DNA of 50,315 nucleotides from Beijerinckiaceae bacterium (GTDB taxonomy: Bacteria > Pseudomonadota > Alphaproteobacteria > Rhizobiales > Beijerinckiaceae). Positions 16,210 through 25,118 of this stretch are shown piece by piece (the first letter of the stretch is position 1; every line of letters starts with the position of its first letter). The notes below the pieces were generated by a model. It saw only the letters and a list, made by a program, of their open reading frames with translations. It had not been told where the DNA came from and did not search any database. Both the position numbers and the translations under genes were made by a program. The stretch is taken from the NCBI GenBank assembly GCA_051652685.1, contig JBOFUS010000149.1, positions 1 through 50,315 on the forward strand. The letters are read 5' to 3'.

Positions 16210-16947
16210 TCAGTGGTGTTCTTGCGGGGCACCGAGCAGCCGCCGGAGTTCCTGCGAAAGCCCGACCGAGTCGACGGGCCTGGGCTGCGGGCCAACCTGA
16301 ACGGTTCGCGCACTCGCGACCACGGCTTCGAGCCCCGCCATGACGGAACAGATGACATCGACGCCGGCAAGACGTCCGACAGGTTCGGCGAGGCCGAGCA
16401 TCCCGACGCCGCCCAGAATCACCGCATCCGCGCCGTCCTCGCGCACGCAGGCGAGGCACGCTTGCGCCAGCAAGGCGATCGCGCCATCGGGATCGTGCGC
16501 AATCATGCTACCATCAGGCGCGACTGTGCGGATCGACGCGAGATACTCCGTCAGGCCGCGCACCACCAGGCTCTCCCGCAGCATCGGCTCCCAGAGAACG
16601 CCCCCTGTTACGATCGAGAAGCGCCGCCCGCCGCGCGATGCTTGCCTTGCAGACGCTTCCACAAGGCCGATCACGGGAACCTCAGCCACTTCGCGAAGGG
16701 CATCGAGCCCCGGATCGCCAAAGCACGCGAGAAGGACAATGTCCGCGCCGCCACCATGGGCCGCGAACGCATCGAGCGCCGCGTGCCCCGCGACGGCAAA
16801 GGCGGCCCGGCTGGCGATGTAGCGCGGACCAAAGCTGCCACTGAACGCGCTGATGGTCCAGGACATTGGCAGGAAAGTCTCCGACGCCTGCCGGACCTTC
16901 TCCGTCATCGCGTCGGTCGTGTTGGGATTGATGATCAGGAGTCGCAT
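16210..16947 (-). CDS. Asp/Glu/hydantoin racemase-superfamily protein lacking the second catalytic cysteine
   Basis: ATG at 16947 (MRLLIINPNTTD). First thiol motif LLACFGDPGL is present. The second motif reads ILGGVGM where the in-window paralogue (38193-38843) has VMGCAGM. Confidence 0.8.
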   Translation of the reverse strand: MRLLIINPNTTDAMTEKVRQASETFLPMSWTISAFSGSFGPRYIASRAAFAVAGHAALDAFAAHGGGADIVLLACFGDPGLDALREVAEVPVIGLVEASARQASRGGRRFSIVTGGVLWEPMLRESLVVRGLTEYLASIRTVAPDGSMIAHDPDGAIALLAQACLACVREDGADAVILGGVGMLGLAEPVGRLAGVDVICSVMAGLEAVVASARTVQVGPQPRPVDSVGLSQELRRLLGAPQEHH

Positions 16948-17026
16948 CTGTCGCCCAGCGGTCAGGAAGCGCCGCATCGACACTGTCACCCGGCCGGTTC
17001 GCCGCGCGCAAGGGGACATTCGATTC

Positions 17027-17042
17027 TGGCATGCAGGTTGCT
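17027..17042 (+). promoter_or_regulatory. Orphan sigma54-type motif on the plus strand
   Basis: TGGCAT-GCAGG-TTGCT. It points into a gene remnant and antisense to atzH/atzE; no intact plus-strand gene lies downstream. Confidence 0.4.
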
Positions 17043-17062
17043 GGTATTGAACCAACCGGTGA

Positions 17063-17275
17063 AGTACCGCCGATGAAGCACTGCCGATGGCGGTGATGTA
17101 TGCCGGCCAGTTCGTCGAAACGGGCGCAATCCGCGATCCGCTTTATCCCTAAACGAAGGGTCTGCTCGCCGCGAACCTGCATGGCGCGGTGAAGGGTGCG
17201 CGGCTCGATTCCATCCCTGGTGCTCCACCGGCACTCGACACCGCGCGATGCCGTCAGGAGGCCGGCGTCTCCATC
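17063..17275 (+). pseudogene. Remnant of the C-terminal part of an oligopeptide/dipeptide-type ABC ATPase (DppD/OppD-like), with an in-frame stop
   Basis: Own translation: STADEALPMAVMYAGQFVETGAIRDPLYP*TKGLLAANLHGAVKGARLDSIPGAPPALDTARC. It matches the conserved tail VMYAG..VE......P.HPYT.GLL.......L..IPG.PP.L. It has no N-terminal ABC domain, and TAA replaces the Tyr of HPYT. Confidence 0.6.
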
Positions 17276-17658
17276 ATCAGGCTTACATGGGCGGCGACCA
17301 CGCGCCAGCCCAGCGCCGTGCGCATCCAGACCTGGCTCTGCCGGCCTATCTTGCCTGCCATCGCGGGCCGGCGAAACAGCGTCCAGGCGGTTGCCATGTC
17401 GCGTCCGTAAGTTGTGATGACCGTCCGTTCCAGCGTGCGTTCCAGCCCGACGGAGGGTCGCGCGGCGCGGAAGGCCGCGATCTCGGCGTAGCCGTAAAGG
17501 TTCTCGCCGACCCCGTAGCGCACGGTGGTGGGCGCATCCAGAAACAGCCAGTCGAGTGTCGCCACATCGTTGTTGGTCAGCGCGGTCTCGTATTCCGCGA
17601 AGGCCGCCTCCACCTCGGCCTTCACATCCGGCAAATCGATCTCGGGCATCGTCATCAT
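17254..17658 (-). CDS. atzH: AtzH-like NTF2/SnoaL-fold protein (DUF3225; 1,3-dicarboxyurea amidohydrolase family)
   Basis: About 131-134 aa: [36 protein letters not shown]...[12 protein letters not shown]. Three candidate ATGs at 17658, 17655 and 17649; AAAGGA favours 17649. It follows the AtzE-like gene by 4-13 nt. Confidence 0.75.
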   Translation of the reverse strand: MMTMPEIDLPDVKAEVEAAFAEYETALTNNDVATLDWLFLDAPTTVRYGVGENLYGYAEIAAFRAARPSVGLERTLERTVITTYGRDMATAWTLFRRPAMAGKIGRQSQVWMRTALGWRVVAAHVSLMMETPAS

Positions 17659-17662
17659 CCTT

Positions 17663-19081
17663 TCACGCCACGCGCGACACGGCCGCGCCATCCTTTTCAA
17701 GTGCCGCCGCAATGCGCAGCGCGATATCCTCGCGGCCAGGTGCCGCCACGATCTGCACGCCGATGGGCAGGCCCTGCGCGGTCCATGTGGGCACAACGAC
17801 CACCGGCCAACCGATGAACGAGATCGGCTGCGTGTAGAGCCCGAGGTTGGCGCGCACCGGCAGCATCTGGCCGTCGATCTCGAACATCGTCTGATCGACA
17901 AGCGGCGCGACGGTAGGGGTGGCGGGAGCAAGGAAAGCATCGACATGGTCGAAAATCTTCAGGCTTTCCCGCTGGAACCAGCGGCGGAAGAGCTGCGCCT
18001 TGGCGTACCAGCCACCCGGCAGCAGATTGCCGGCAATCAGCCGGTCGCGCACCTCCGGGTCGAAGTCGCCCGCCCGTTCACGCAACCGGTCGGCATGCAG
18101 CGCGCCGCCCTCGATCATTGTAATAATGAATGCGGCAGCGCGTGCCCGATGCGCCTCGGGCATCTCGATGGTCGCGGTCGCGCCAAGATGCGCAGCGAGG
18201 GTATCAACCGCAGCGAAAGCCTCAGCTGTTCCCACGCGGCGGAAATAGCCTCCCGCAACGCCGATCCTAAGGCTGCCAAGCCCCTTTGCGAGCTCTGGCA
18301 TCACGGGCGAAGCCGGCGTCCTGCGGCAGACGGGATCAGCCGCATCCGGCCCCGCCATGGCGTCGAAGGCCAGCGCCAGATCGATGGCCGAGCGGGCCAG
18401 CGGCCCCAGGTGATCGAAACTCGCGACGAAGGGGAAGGTCCGCGCCCGCGACAACGCGCCATACGTCGGTTTCAGGCCGAAAAGCCCCGAGAGCGACGCC
18501 GGCACGCGGATGGAACCATTGGTATCCGAGCCAAGCGTGATCGCCGCAAGCCCGCCCGCTGCGGCGGCACCCGAGCCGCCCGACGATCCGCCGGTCATCC
18601 GCGTCGTGTCATGCGGGTTGCGCGCGTGGCCGTCGTGGGCGTTCCGGCCGGTGAAATCATAGGCATATTCGCCCATGTTCAGCGCGCCCAGCAGCACCGC
18701 GCCGGCCGCCTCCATGCGTGTGATGAGCGTCGCATCCCTCGTCGCCGGCGCGCGCTCACGGTTGATCAGCGATCCCGCCCGCGTCGGCAGTCCCACAACA
18801 TCGAACAGGTTCTTGACAGCGAAAGGCACGCCCGCAAGCGGCGGCAGCGCCTCGCCCTTCGCATGGGCCGCGTCGATGGCGGCGGCCTTCGTGAGGGCGC
18901 GGCTGGCGGTGATGTCGGTGTAGGCGACCAACTCCGGGTTGCGCGCTGCGATGGCCGCCAGATGCGCGTTGGTCACGGCCATGGCGCTTGTCTGGCCAGC
19001 GCGGATGGCAGCCGCGATGGCATGGGCGGGTTCTCTGGTCCAGTCGGTCATGGCTGTATTGTTCATGGCCCTATCGTTCAT
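17663..19081 (-). CDS. atzE: AtzE-family amidase-signature amidohydrolase (1-carboxybiuret hydrolase-like)
   Basis: 472 aa. Motifs [22 protein letters not shown] and [12 protein letters not shown]. The start codon overlaps the stop of the small upstream ORF (ATGA at 19078-19081). Confidence 0.8.
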   Translation of the reverse strand: MNDRAMNNTAMTDWTREPAHAIAAAIRAGQTSAMAVTNAHLAAIAARNPELVAYTDITASRALTKAAAIDAAHAKGEALPPLAGVPFAVKNLFDVVGLPTRAGSLINRERAPATRDATLITRMEAAGAVLLGALNMGEYAYDFTGRNAHDGHARNPHDTTRMTGGSSGGSGAAAAGGLAAITLGSDTNGSIRVPASLSGLFGLKPTYGALSRARTFPFVASFDHLGPLARSAIDLALAFDAMAGPDAADPVCRRTPASPVMPELAKGLGSLRIGVAGGYFRRVGTAEAFAAVDTLAAHLGATATIEMPEAHRARAAAFIITMIEGGALHADRLRERAGDFDPEVRDRLIAGNLLPGGWYAKAQLFRRWFQRESLKIFDHVDAFLAPATPTVAPLVDQTMFEIDGQMLPVRANLGLYTQPISFIGWPVVVVPTWTAQGLPIGVQIVAAPGREDIALRIAAALEKDGAAVSRVA

Positions 19082-19278
19082 GGCTTGGCCTCGCAGGCGT
19101 CGAACACCGGCGCGGGCTCCGCCTCGTCATCGAGGGGAAAGGACAGGAAAAGCGGGGCGAGGCGGAAGGCCACCGCGACATTGGCCGCCACCGCCGCCGG
19201 ATCAGCCGCGTCGAGCGGCAGATCGAGCGCCTTGGCCATGGCGTGGGTATAGGCTTGAGGGTCAAAGGGTTCGGTCAT
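19078..19278 (-). CDS. atzG: AtzG-like small subunit (DUF4089, GatC-like partner of AtzE)
   Basis: 66 aa: MTEPFDPQAYTHAMAKALDLPLDAADPAAVAANVAVAFRLAPLFLSFPLDDEAEPAPVF. Size, position and translational coupling to the AtzE-like gene fit. Confidence 0.65.
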   Translation of the reverse strand: MTEPFDPQAYTHAMAKALDLPLDAADPAAVAANVAVAFRLAPLFLSFPLDDEAEPAPVFDACEAKP

Positions 19279-19306
19279 TGCTCCAGTTCCTCCATGCGGC
19301 TCTGGC

Positions 19307-19415
19307 GTTGTGCGTGCTTCGAGACGGCGCTTTGCGCCTCCTCAGCATGAGGACCGTTGTTGCAACGGCCCTCATGCTGAGGAGCGCCAAAGGCGCGTCT
19401 CGAAGCACACACCAC
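19307..19415. repeat. ~110-bp palindromic intergenic repeat, copy B (inverted relative to copy A)
   Basis: gttgtgcgtgcttcgagacggcgctttgcgcctcctcagcatgagg ... cctcatgctgaggagcgccaaaggcgcgtctcgaagcacacaccac. It fills the atzF-atzG spacer almost exactly. Confidence 0.8.
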
Positions 19416-19417
19416 AC

Positions 19418-21223
19418 TCACGCCAGTGACTTGATGTAGGCCCGCCAGCCGCCATGGCGCGAGATAGCCTCGGCCCCCTTCAGGCCCTCGGGCTCGACGA
19501 GAAAGCCCTTGGGCGTGGTGCCATCGGCCAGCCGCAGCGTGCCGATGCCGAGCGGCGACGGGATGCCCTGCACGAAGCGGCCGAAGCCTTCGGGCGGCAA
19601 CGCCCAGACCTCGGTGAGCACCGGCGCACCGGTGCCGTCCGCCACGCGCAGCAGCCCCGGCCGCTTGGGCGGGCCGCCGGCGAGCGCGTGAAAGCGGTAG
19701 TCGGCAGTGGTCGCGACCGCACGGCGGCAGACGCCGCCGTTGCCGGTGAGCTCATGGTTCAGCGGCATGCCGGAAAGATGCGCGCCGACCACGACGATCT
19801 CGATCAGGCCGTCGTTGCCGGCGGTCGTCAGCGGCGACAGCGCCGGCGTCTCCGTCGCGCTGCCGCCCAGTCCCACACCGGAAGCCGCGTGGAACATCTG
19901 GCCGAAGGCCGCGAGCCTGCCATCATGTCCCGAAGGCGCAATGAAGGTCAGCCCCGCCGCGCGTCCATCTGATCGGAATGGCCCCGGCACGGCGAGTGCC
20001 GCCAGATCGAGCAGGTTGACGAAGTTGGTGTAGGTGCCGCAGCGGCTGTTGGGCGTGATCGGGTCGGCGTCGAGATCGGCCAGCGTCGGCGAGACGGGTG
20101 TGGTCGGCACGGCGAGCATCGAGATCGATTTCCACACCGGCGCGGTGAGGCGCTTCAGTTCCTGCAGCCGGTACTGCGCCCTGAACAGCGCACTTGCCGA
20201 GAAACCATCCGCACCCGCGATGATCTTTCGTGTCACCGGATGGACGATGTCGGGATCGCGCGCCAGCACATGGGCGATGGCCGCGTGGCGTTCCGCCACC
20301 CATGGGCCTTCGTAGAGGAGCGCCGCGACCTCGAAGAAGGGCGTCAGGTCGACGGGCTTGAGAGTGGCGCCCAAGCGCTCAAGCTGAGCGACACCGGCGC
20401 GCCACGCCGCTTCCTGCATGGCATCGCCGAAGAAGCGGAGATCTTCCTCGCGCGGAATGCCGATCACAGGTGTCGGCTCGGCCGCCGCCGCTCTGGGCGG
20501 AATGGCGCGGCTGTAGGGATCGGCAGGGTCATGGCCGGCCATGACGGTATAGGCCTGCCACGCATCGTCAACGGTCAGCGCGAAGACCGAGACGCAATCG
20601 AGCGTGCGGCAGGCGGGCAGCACGCCCGCCATCGAGACGGCACCGACGCTGGGCTTCAGCCCGACGATGTTGTTGAGCGCCGCCGGCACGCGGCCGGAGC
20701 CTGCCGTATCCGTGCCGAGCGCAAAGCTGACCAGCCCCTGCGCCACCGCGACCGCCGAGCCAGACGATGAGCCACCGGGAACGAGCGCCGGATCGATGGC
20801 GTTTTTCGGCACCGGATAGGGCGTGCGCACGCCGACGAGGCCCGTCGCGAACTGGTCGAGGTTCGTCTTGCCGATCAGGATCGCGCCCGCAGCACGGAGT
20901 TTGTCCACCACAGTCGCGGAGACCTCCGGAACATGGGCGAAGCCGGGACAGCAGGCGGTCGTTGGCAACCCCGCCACGTCAATGTTGTCCTTGACCGCGA
21001 AAGGGACGCCCCAGAGCGGCAGCGAGGCAACGCGGGGCGGCAAGGCCGCTGCCGCCGCCAACGCGTCCGCCTCGGGCAGAAGTGTGATGAAAACGCCCGG
21101 ATCGTCGAGCGCCGCGATGCGTCGATAGACCTGCGCCACGATGTCGTGCGGCGTGCCGCCCTCATCGTAGAAGGAGGCAAGCGCGGGCAGCGTTGGCATT
21201 GCGGGGAGGATGGGAACGGTCAT
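19418..21223 (-). CDS. atzF: Allophanate hydrolase (amidase-signature N-domain plus C-terminal domain)
   Basis: ATG at 21223 (MTVPILPAMPTL), 601 aa. Motifs GVPFAVKDNID, GGSSSGSAVAVA and GTDTAGSGRVPA. The start overlaps the stop of the upstream ABC ATPase (ATGA). Confidence 0.8.
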   Translation of the reverse strand: MTVPILPAMPTLPALASFYDEGGTPHDIVAQVYRRIAALDDPGVFITLLPEADALAAAAALPPRVASLPLWGVPFAVKDNIDVAGLPTTACCPGFAHVPEVSATVVDKLRAAGAILIGKTNLDQFATGLVGVRTPYPVPKNAIDPALVPGGSSSGSAVAVAQGLVSFALGTDTAGSGRVPAALNNIVGLKPSVGAVSMAGVLPACRTLDCVSVFALTVDDAWQAYTVMAGHDPADPYSRAIPPRAAAAEPTPVIGIPREEDLRFFGDAMQEAAWRAGVAQLERLGATLKPVDLTPFFEVAALLYEGPWVAERHAAIAHVLARDPDIVHPVTRKIIAGADGFSASALFRAQYRLQELKRLTAPVWKSISMLAVPTTPVSPTLADLDADPITPNSRCGTYTNFVNLLDLAALAVPGPFRSDGRAAGLTFIAPSGHDGRLAAFGQMFHAASGVGLGGSATETPALSPLTTAGNDGLIEIVVVGAHLSGMPLNHELTGNGGVCRRAVATTADYRFHALAGGPPKRPGLLRVADGTGAPVLTEVWALPPEGFGRFVQGIPSPLGIGTLRLADGTTPKGFLVEPEGLKGAEAISRHGGWRAYIKSLA

Positions 21224-22245
21224 GTCGTGCTGATGTCCATGGCGAAATGGCAGGCGGCGTGGCGGTTGGGCGTGATCGGCGCGAGCGTGGGCATCGCCTT
21301 GCCGCACAGCGCCTCGCCGCGTGGGCAACGCCCGAAGAAGCGGCAGGCGTCGGGATCGGGATCGACGGGGCTGCGGATTTCGCCCTTGAGGCGAATGCGG
21401 TTTTCGGCTGGCCGGGCGGCATCCGGCACGGCGTCCACCAGCGCGCGGGTATAGGGATGCTGCGGATTGGCGAAAACCTCCCGCGCGGGGCCGCTCTCCA
21501 CGATCTTGCCGAGATACATCACCAGCACGCGGTCGCAAAGCAGGCGCACCACGTTGAGATCATGGCTGACGAAGAGATAGCTCATGCCAAGCTCGCGCTT
21601 GAGCTGATCCAGCAGCTGGAGGATCACCACCTGCACCGAGACATCGAGCGCCGCTGTCGGCTCATCCAGAATGAGCAACTCCGGCTCCACCGCGACAGCG
21701 CGCGCGATGCCGACGCGGGCGCGCTGGCCGCCTGACAGCTGGTGCGGGAAGCGCGACAGCAACTCATACGGCAATCCGCAGCGTTCCGCCGCCTCCTCCA
21801 CCTTCGCCGTCAGCGCCGCGCCCCGCAGGCCGCGCAACCGCTTCAGCGGATCGGCAATGGCGGCGAAGGCCGTGTAGCGCGGGTTGATGCTCTCGCCCGC
21901 GTCCTGGAACACCATCTGCACGCGGGCGCGGTCTGGCGAAGCAGCGAAGCGTTTGGCCGGTGTGTGGGTCAGCTCGCGGCCGGAAAGCCGGATGCTGCCC
22001 TCGCCGTCGATCAGCCGCGAAACGAGGCGCACCAGCGTGGACTTGCCGCAGCCGCTCTCGCCGACGAGTCCAACGGTCTCGCCCTTGCCGATGGTGAAGC
22101 TGACGTCATCGACCGCGTGCAGGCGCGGCGCGGCCTTCGGGCCTTCGCGAAAACGCCGGACAAGCTGCATCGCCGCGTTTCCCGGTTGCGGCAGCACGTA
22201 GCGCTTCGACAGTTCCGCCACATCGAGGAGGGGTTCGGGCCTCAT
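21220..22245 (-). CDS. Peptide/opine/nickel-type ABC transporter ATP-binding protein (DppF/OppF-like)
   Basis: ATG at 22245 (MRPEPLLDVAEL). Walker A GESGCGKST, LSGGQRARV, ILDEPT. Confidence 0.9.
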   Translation of the reverse strand: MRPEPLLDVAELSKRYVLPQPGNAAMQLVRRFREGPKAAPRLHAVDDVSFTIGKGETVGLVGESGCGKSTLVRLVSRLIDGEGSIRLSGRELTHTPAKRFAASPDRARVQMVFQDAGESINPRYTAFAAIADPLKRLRGLRGAALTAKVEEAAERCGLPYELLSRFPHQLSGGQRARVGIARAVAVEPELLILDEPTAALDVSVQVVILQLLDQLKRELGMSYLFVSHDLNVVRLLCDRVLVMYLGKIVESGPAREVFANPQHPYTRALVDAVPDAARPAENRIRLKGEIRSPVDPDPDACRFFGRCPRGEALCGKAMPTLAPITPNRHAACHFAMDISTT

Positions 22246-23228
22246 GCCGCGACGCGCTCCCCGCCTGACGGATTGCAGCAGGCAACGGCGCTCTCGTGGA
22301 GTGGATCGACATGGGGCAGCGCGCCCTCGCACTGTCCAAGCCTGCGCGGGCAACGACCGATGTAGCGGCAGTTGGGTAACGCGGCCTGTCGCAGGTCCGG
22401 CAAGCCGCCGCCGATGGTGGTGAGATCGGCAAGCCGGCTGGAGTGACCAGGCGTCGCGGCGATCAGCTCGGCCGTGTAGGGATGGCGCGGATTGGCGAAG
22501 AGCGCCGCCGTTGGCTGGCACTCCACCACATGACCGGCATGCATCACCACGATCCGGTCGGCGCGCTCCGCCGCCAGCCCCAGATCATGGGTGATGAACA
22601 CGGTTGCCATGCCGGTGGCTTTCGCCCGCTCGGCGATGATGTCCATGATGATGGCCTGTGTCGTGACATCAAGGCCTGTCGTCGGCTCGTCGGCAATGAG
22701 CAGCGAGGGCCGGGCAGCGAGCGCAATCGCGATCATCACACGCTGGCACATGCCGCCCGACAGCTCGAAAGGATAGGCCATGGCGCGGCGCGCCGGATCG
22801 GTGATGCCGACGCTTTCCAGCAGCTTCACCGCCTCGCCGGGCGCGGCATTCGGCGTCACGTTGGCGTGGCGGCGCAGCACGTCTGCGATCTGTCGTCCCA
22901 CACGGCGGATGGGGTTGAGCGCGGTGCGCGGGTTCTGGAAGATCATCGCGATCTCGCGGCCGCGCACGCCAGCCAGCACCTCGTTGGGAGCTCCCAACAG
23001 ATCGAGCCCGCCGAGCATCGCCCGGCCGCCGGTCACCTTTCCGGCAGCATCGAGGATGCCCATGATCGCATAGGCCGTGACGCTCTTGCCCGAGCCGGAT
23101 TCGCCGACGACCGCCACCGTCTCGCCCTTGGCCACACGGAAGGAGACACGCTCCAGCGCCTTCACCACGCCGGAGCGGGTGCGGAATGCGACGGAAAGCC
23201 CGTCGACGAGGAGCGCAGGCGCCGCCAT
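22242..23228 (-). CDS. Peptide/opine/nickel-type ABC transporter ATP-binding protein (DppD/OppD-like)
   Basis: ATG at 23228 (MAAPALLVDGLS). Walker A GESGSGKSV, LSGGMCQRV, IADEPT, and the C-terminal HPYT motif. Confidence 0.9.
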   Translation of the reverse strand: MAAPALLVDGLSVAFRTRSGVVKALERVSFRVAKGETVAVVGESGSGKSVTAYAIMGILDAAGKVTGGRAMLGGLDLLGAPNEVLAGVRGREIAMIFQNPRTALNPIRRVGRQIADVLRRHANVTPNAAPGEAVKLLESVGITDPARRAMAYPFELSGGMCQRVMIAIALAARPSLLIADEPTTGLDVTTQAIIMDIIAERAKATGMATVFITHDLGLAAERADRIVVMHAGHVVECQPTAALFANPRHPYTAELIAATPGHSSRLADLTTIGGGLPDLRQAALPNCRYIGRCPRRLGQCEGALPHVDPLHESAVACCNPSGGERVAA

Positions 23229-24088
23229 CAGGTCCGCTTTCTCGGATCGACGATATCGCGCAAGCCATCGCCCAGCAGGTTGAAGCAGAAGACAGCCAGC
23301 ATCAGTGCCACGCCGGGAAAGAAGGCGATCCACCATTCCCCCGACACCATGAAGGCCGCACCCTCCGCCACCATGATGCCCCACTCCGGCGTCGGCGGGC
23401 GAACGCCAAGGCCGATGAAGGACAGCCCAGCCGCATTGAGGATGGCGTAGCCCATGGTCAGCGACATCTGCACCACCATGATGGGAAAGACGTTCGGCAG
23501 GATCTGGGTGAGCACAATGCGCATGTCGCCGTTGCCGGAAAGCCGCGCGGCTTCGACATAGCCTGCCTCGCGGCGGATGTTCGCCTCGGAGCGGGCGACG
23601 CGGGCGTAGAGCGGAAAGTTCACGATGGCTGTGGCGATGATGATGTTGATCACGGAATTGCCGAGCGCCGCCACGATGCCCATGGCCAGCACGAACAGCG
23701 GAAAGGCCATGATCGTGTCGGCGATGCGCATGACGATCCGGTCGATCCAGCCGCCGAAGTAGCCGGCGGCAACGCCGGACAGGCCGCCAAGCGCAAACAC
23801 CAGTGCCACGGAGGCGACCGCGATGGTGAGGTCGAGCCGCGTCGCCACCACCACCCGGCTGAAGATGTCGCGGCCCAGCTGGTCCGTGCCAAACCAGTGG
23901 CGGGCGGACGGCCCCTGCAGGGCGCTCGTCGTGTTGCTCGCCAGCGGATCATAGGGAACGATCAGCGGCCCAAAGATGGCCGCCAGCAGGATCAGCAGGA
24001 ACAGCCCGAAGGCAAAGCCCGTCACGGGATTCTCGCCGATGACGTAGCGGGCATGGGCGAAACCGCCGGAGGAAGTGACCACGCTCAC
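23228..24088 (-). CDS. ABC transporter permease (DppC-like)
   Basis: 286-aa membrane ORF. GTG start overlaps the upstream stop (GTGA); its stop overlaps the next ATG. Confidence 0.9.
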   Translation of the reverse strand: MSVVTSSGGFAHARYVIGENPVTGFAFGLFLLILLAAIFGPLIVPYDPLASNTTSALQGPSARHWFGTDQLGRDIFSRVVVATRLDLTIAVASVALVFALGGLSGVAAGYFGGWIDRIVMRIADTIMAFPLFVLAMGIVAALGNSVINIIIATAIVNFPLYARVARSEANIRREAGYVEAARLSGNGDMRIVLTQILPNVFPIMVVQMSLTMGYAILNAAGLSFIGLGVRPPTPEWGIMVAEGAAFMVSGEWWIAFFPGVALMLAVFCFNLLGDGLRDIVDPRKRT

Positions 24089-25098
24089 GATTCGATCCTG
24101 ACGCGCGGATCAATCAGCCCATAGGCGACATCGATGGCAAGGTTGAGCGCCACATAGAGCGCCGCCATGGTCAGAACGAAGCCTTGCACCGGCGCATAGT
24201 CCGAGGCGATGAGCGCCTCCACCGCGAAGGAGCCGACGCCCGGCCAGGCGAAGACCTTCTCGACCAGCACATTCGCGCCGAGCAGAAAGGAGAGGACCAT
24301 GCCGAGCGTGGTGATGACCGGGAGCACGGCGTTCCGGAAGGCATAGGTGACGACGACCGTGTGTGAGGATAGCCCGCTCGCCCGCGCCGTGCGGACGAAA
24401 TCGGATGACAACACCGCGAGCATCGACGCCCGCGTCATGCGCGCGATGGGGGCGAGAGCGAAGATCGCGAGTGTGAGCGCCGGCAGGATGAGCTGCTTCA
24501 GCGCGCCGATGAACACCTCGCCGTCCCGCGCCAGTACGGCATCGATGAGGTAAAATCCGGTGATCTGGTTGGGCGCGGACAAAAAGACATCGAGCCGCCC
24601 CACGGGCGAAGGCGACCAGCCGAGCCGGTAGTAGAAGAAGTAGATCAGCAGCAGGCCGGTGAAGAACACCGGCAGCGAAACGCCCGCCGTGGAGACAATG
24701 CGCGTTGCGTGGTCGATGGCGGAGTTGGGCTTGGTGGCGGCAAGAATGCCCATGGGCACCGCCACCAGCACCGCCAGAAGCAAGCCAATCAGCGTCAGTT
24801 CAGCGGAGGCCGGCAGGCGCTCGACGATCTCCTTCGCCACCGGTCGCCCTGTCGTGAGCGAGTTCCCCAACTCGCCGCGCGCCAGCTCGCTGACATAGCG
24901 GCCGAACTGCTCGATCAGCGGCCGGTCGGTTCCCAGCTTGGCGCGGATCTCCGCGATCGCCTGCTCCGTCGCGGCAGGACCGGCGAAATACGCCGCCGGA
25001 TCGCCCGGCAGCGCGCGGGTGAGCAGGAAGGTGACGATCACCACGCCGATCAGGCTCGGGATCGCCAGCATCAGCCGGTTGAGGATGAGGGTGAGCAT
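24085..25098 (-). CDS. ABC transporter permease (DppB-like)
   Basis: 337-aa membrane ORF, ATG at 25098. Confidence 0.9.
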   Translation of the reverse strand: MLTLILNRLMLAIPSLIGVVIVTFLLTRALPGDPAAYFAGPAATEQAIAEIRAKLGTDRPLIEQFGRYVSELARGELGNSLTTGRPVAKEIVERLPASAELTLIGLLLAVLVAVPMGILAATKPNSAIDHATRIVSTAGVSLPVFFTGLLLIYFFYYRLGWSPSPVGRLDVFLSAPNQITGFYLIDAVLARDGEVFIGALKQLILPALTLAIFALAPIARMTRASMLAVLSSDFVRTARASGLSSHTVVVTYAFRNAVLPVITTLGMVLSFLLGANVLVEKVFAWPGVGSFAVEALIASDYAPVQGFVLTMAALYVALNLAIDVAYGLIDPRVRIES

Positions 25099-25118
25099 GG
25101 CGTTTTCTGTTGTTGAGC

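Noticed and set aside
17525-19252. 575-aa plus-strand ORF opposite the AtzE-like gene. Similar giant shadow ORFs: 29091-30881, 34213-35658, 36456-38171, 45059-46813, 46234-47631, 43238-44386 and 31632-32558.
   Set aside because: These are typical high-GC antisense open frames with Arg/Pro/Gly-dominated composition. Each overlaps a gene with strong family motifs on the opposite strand.
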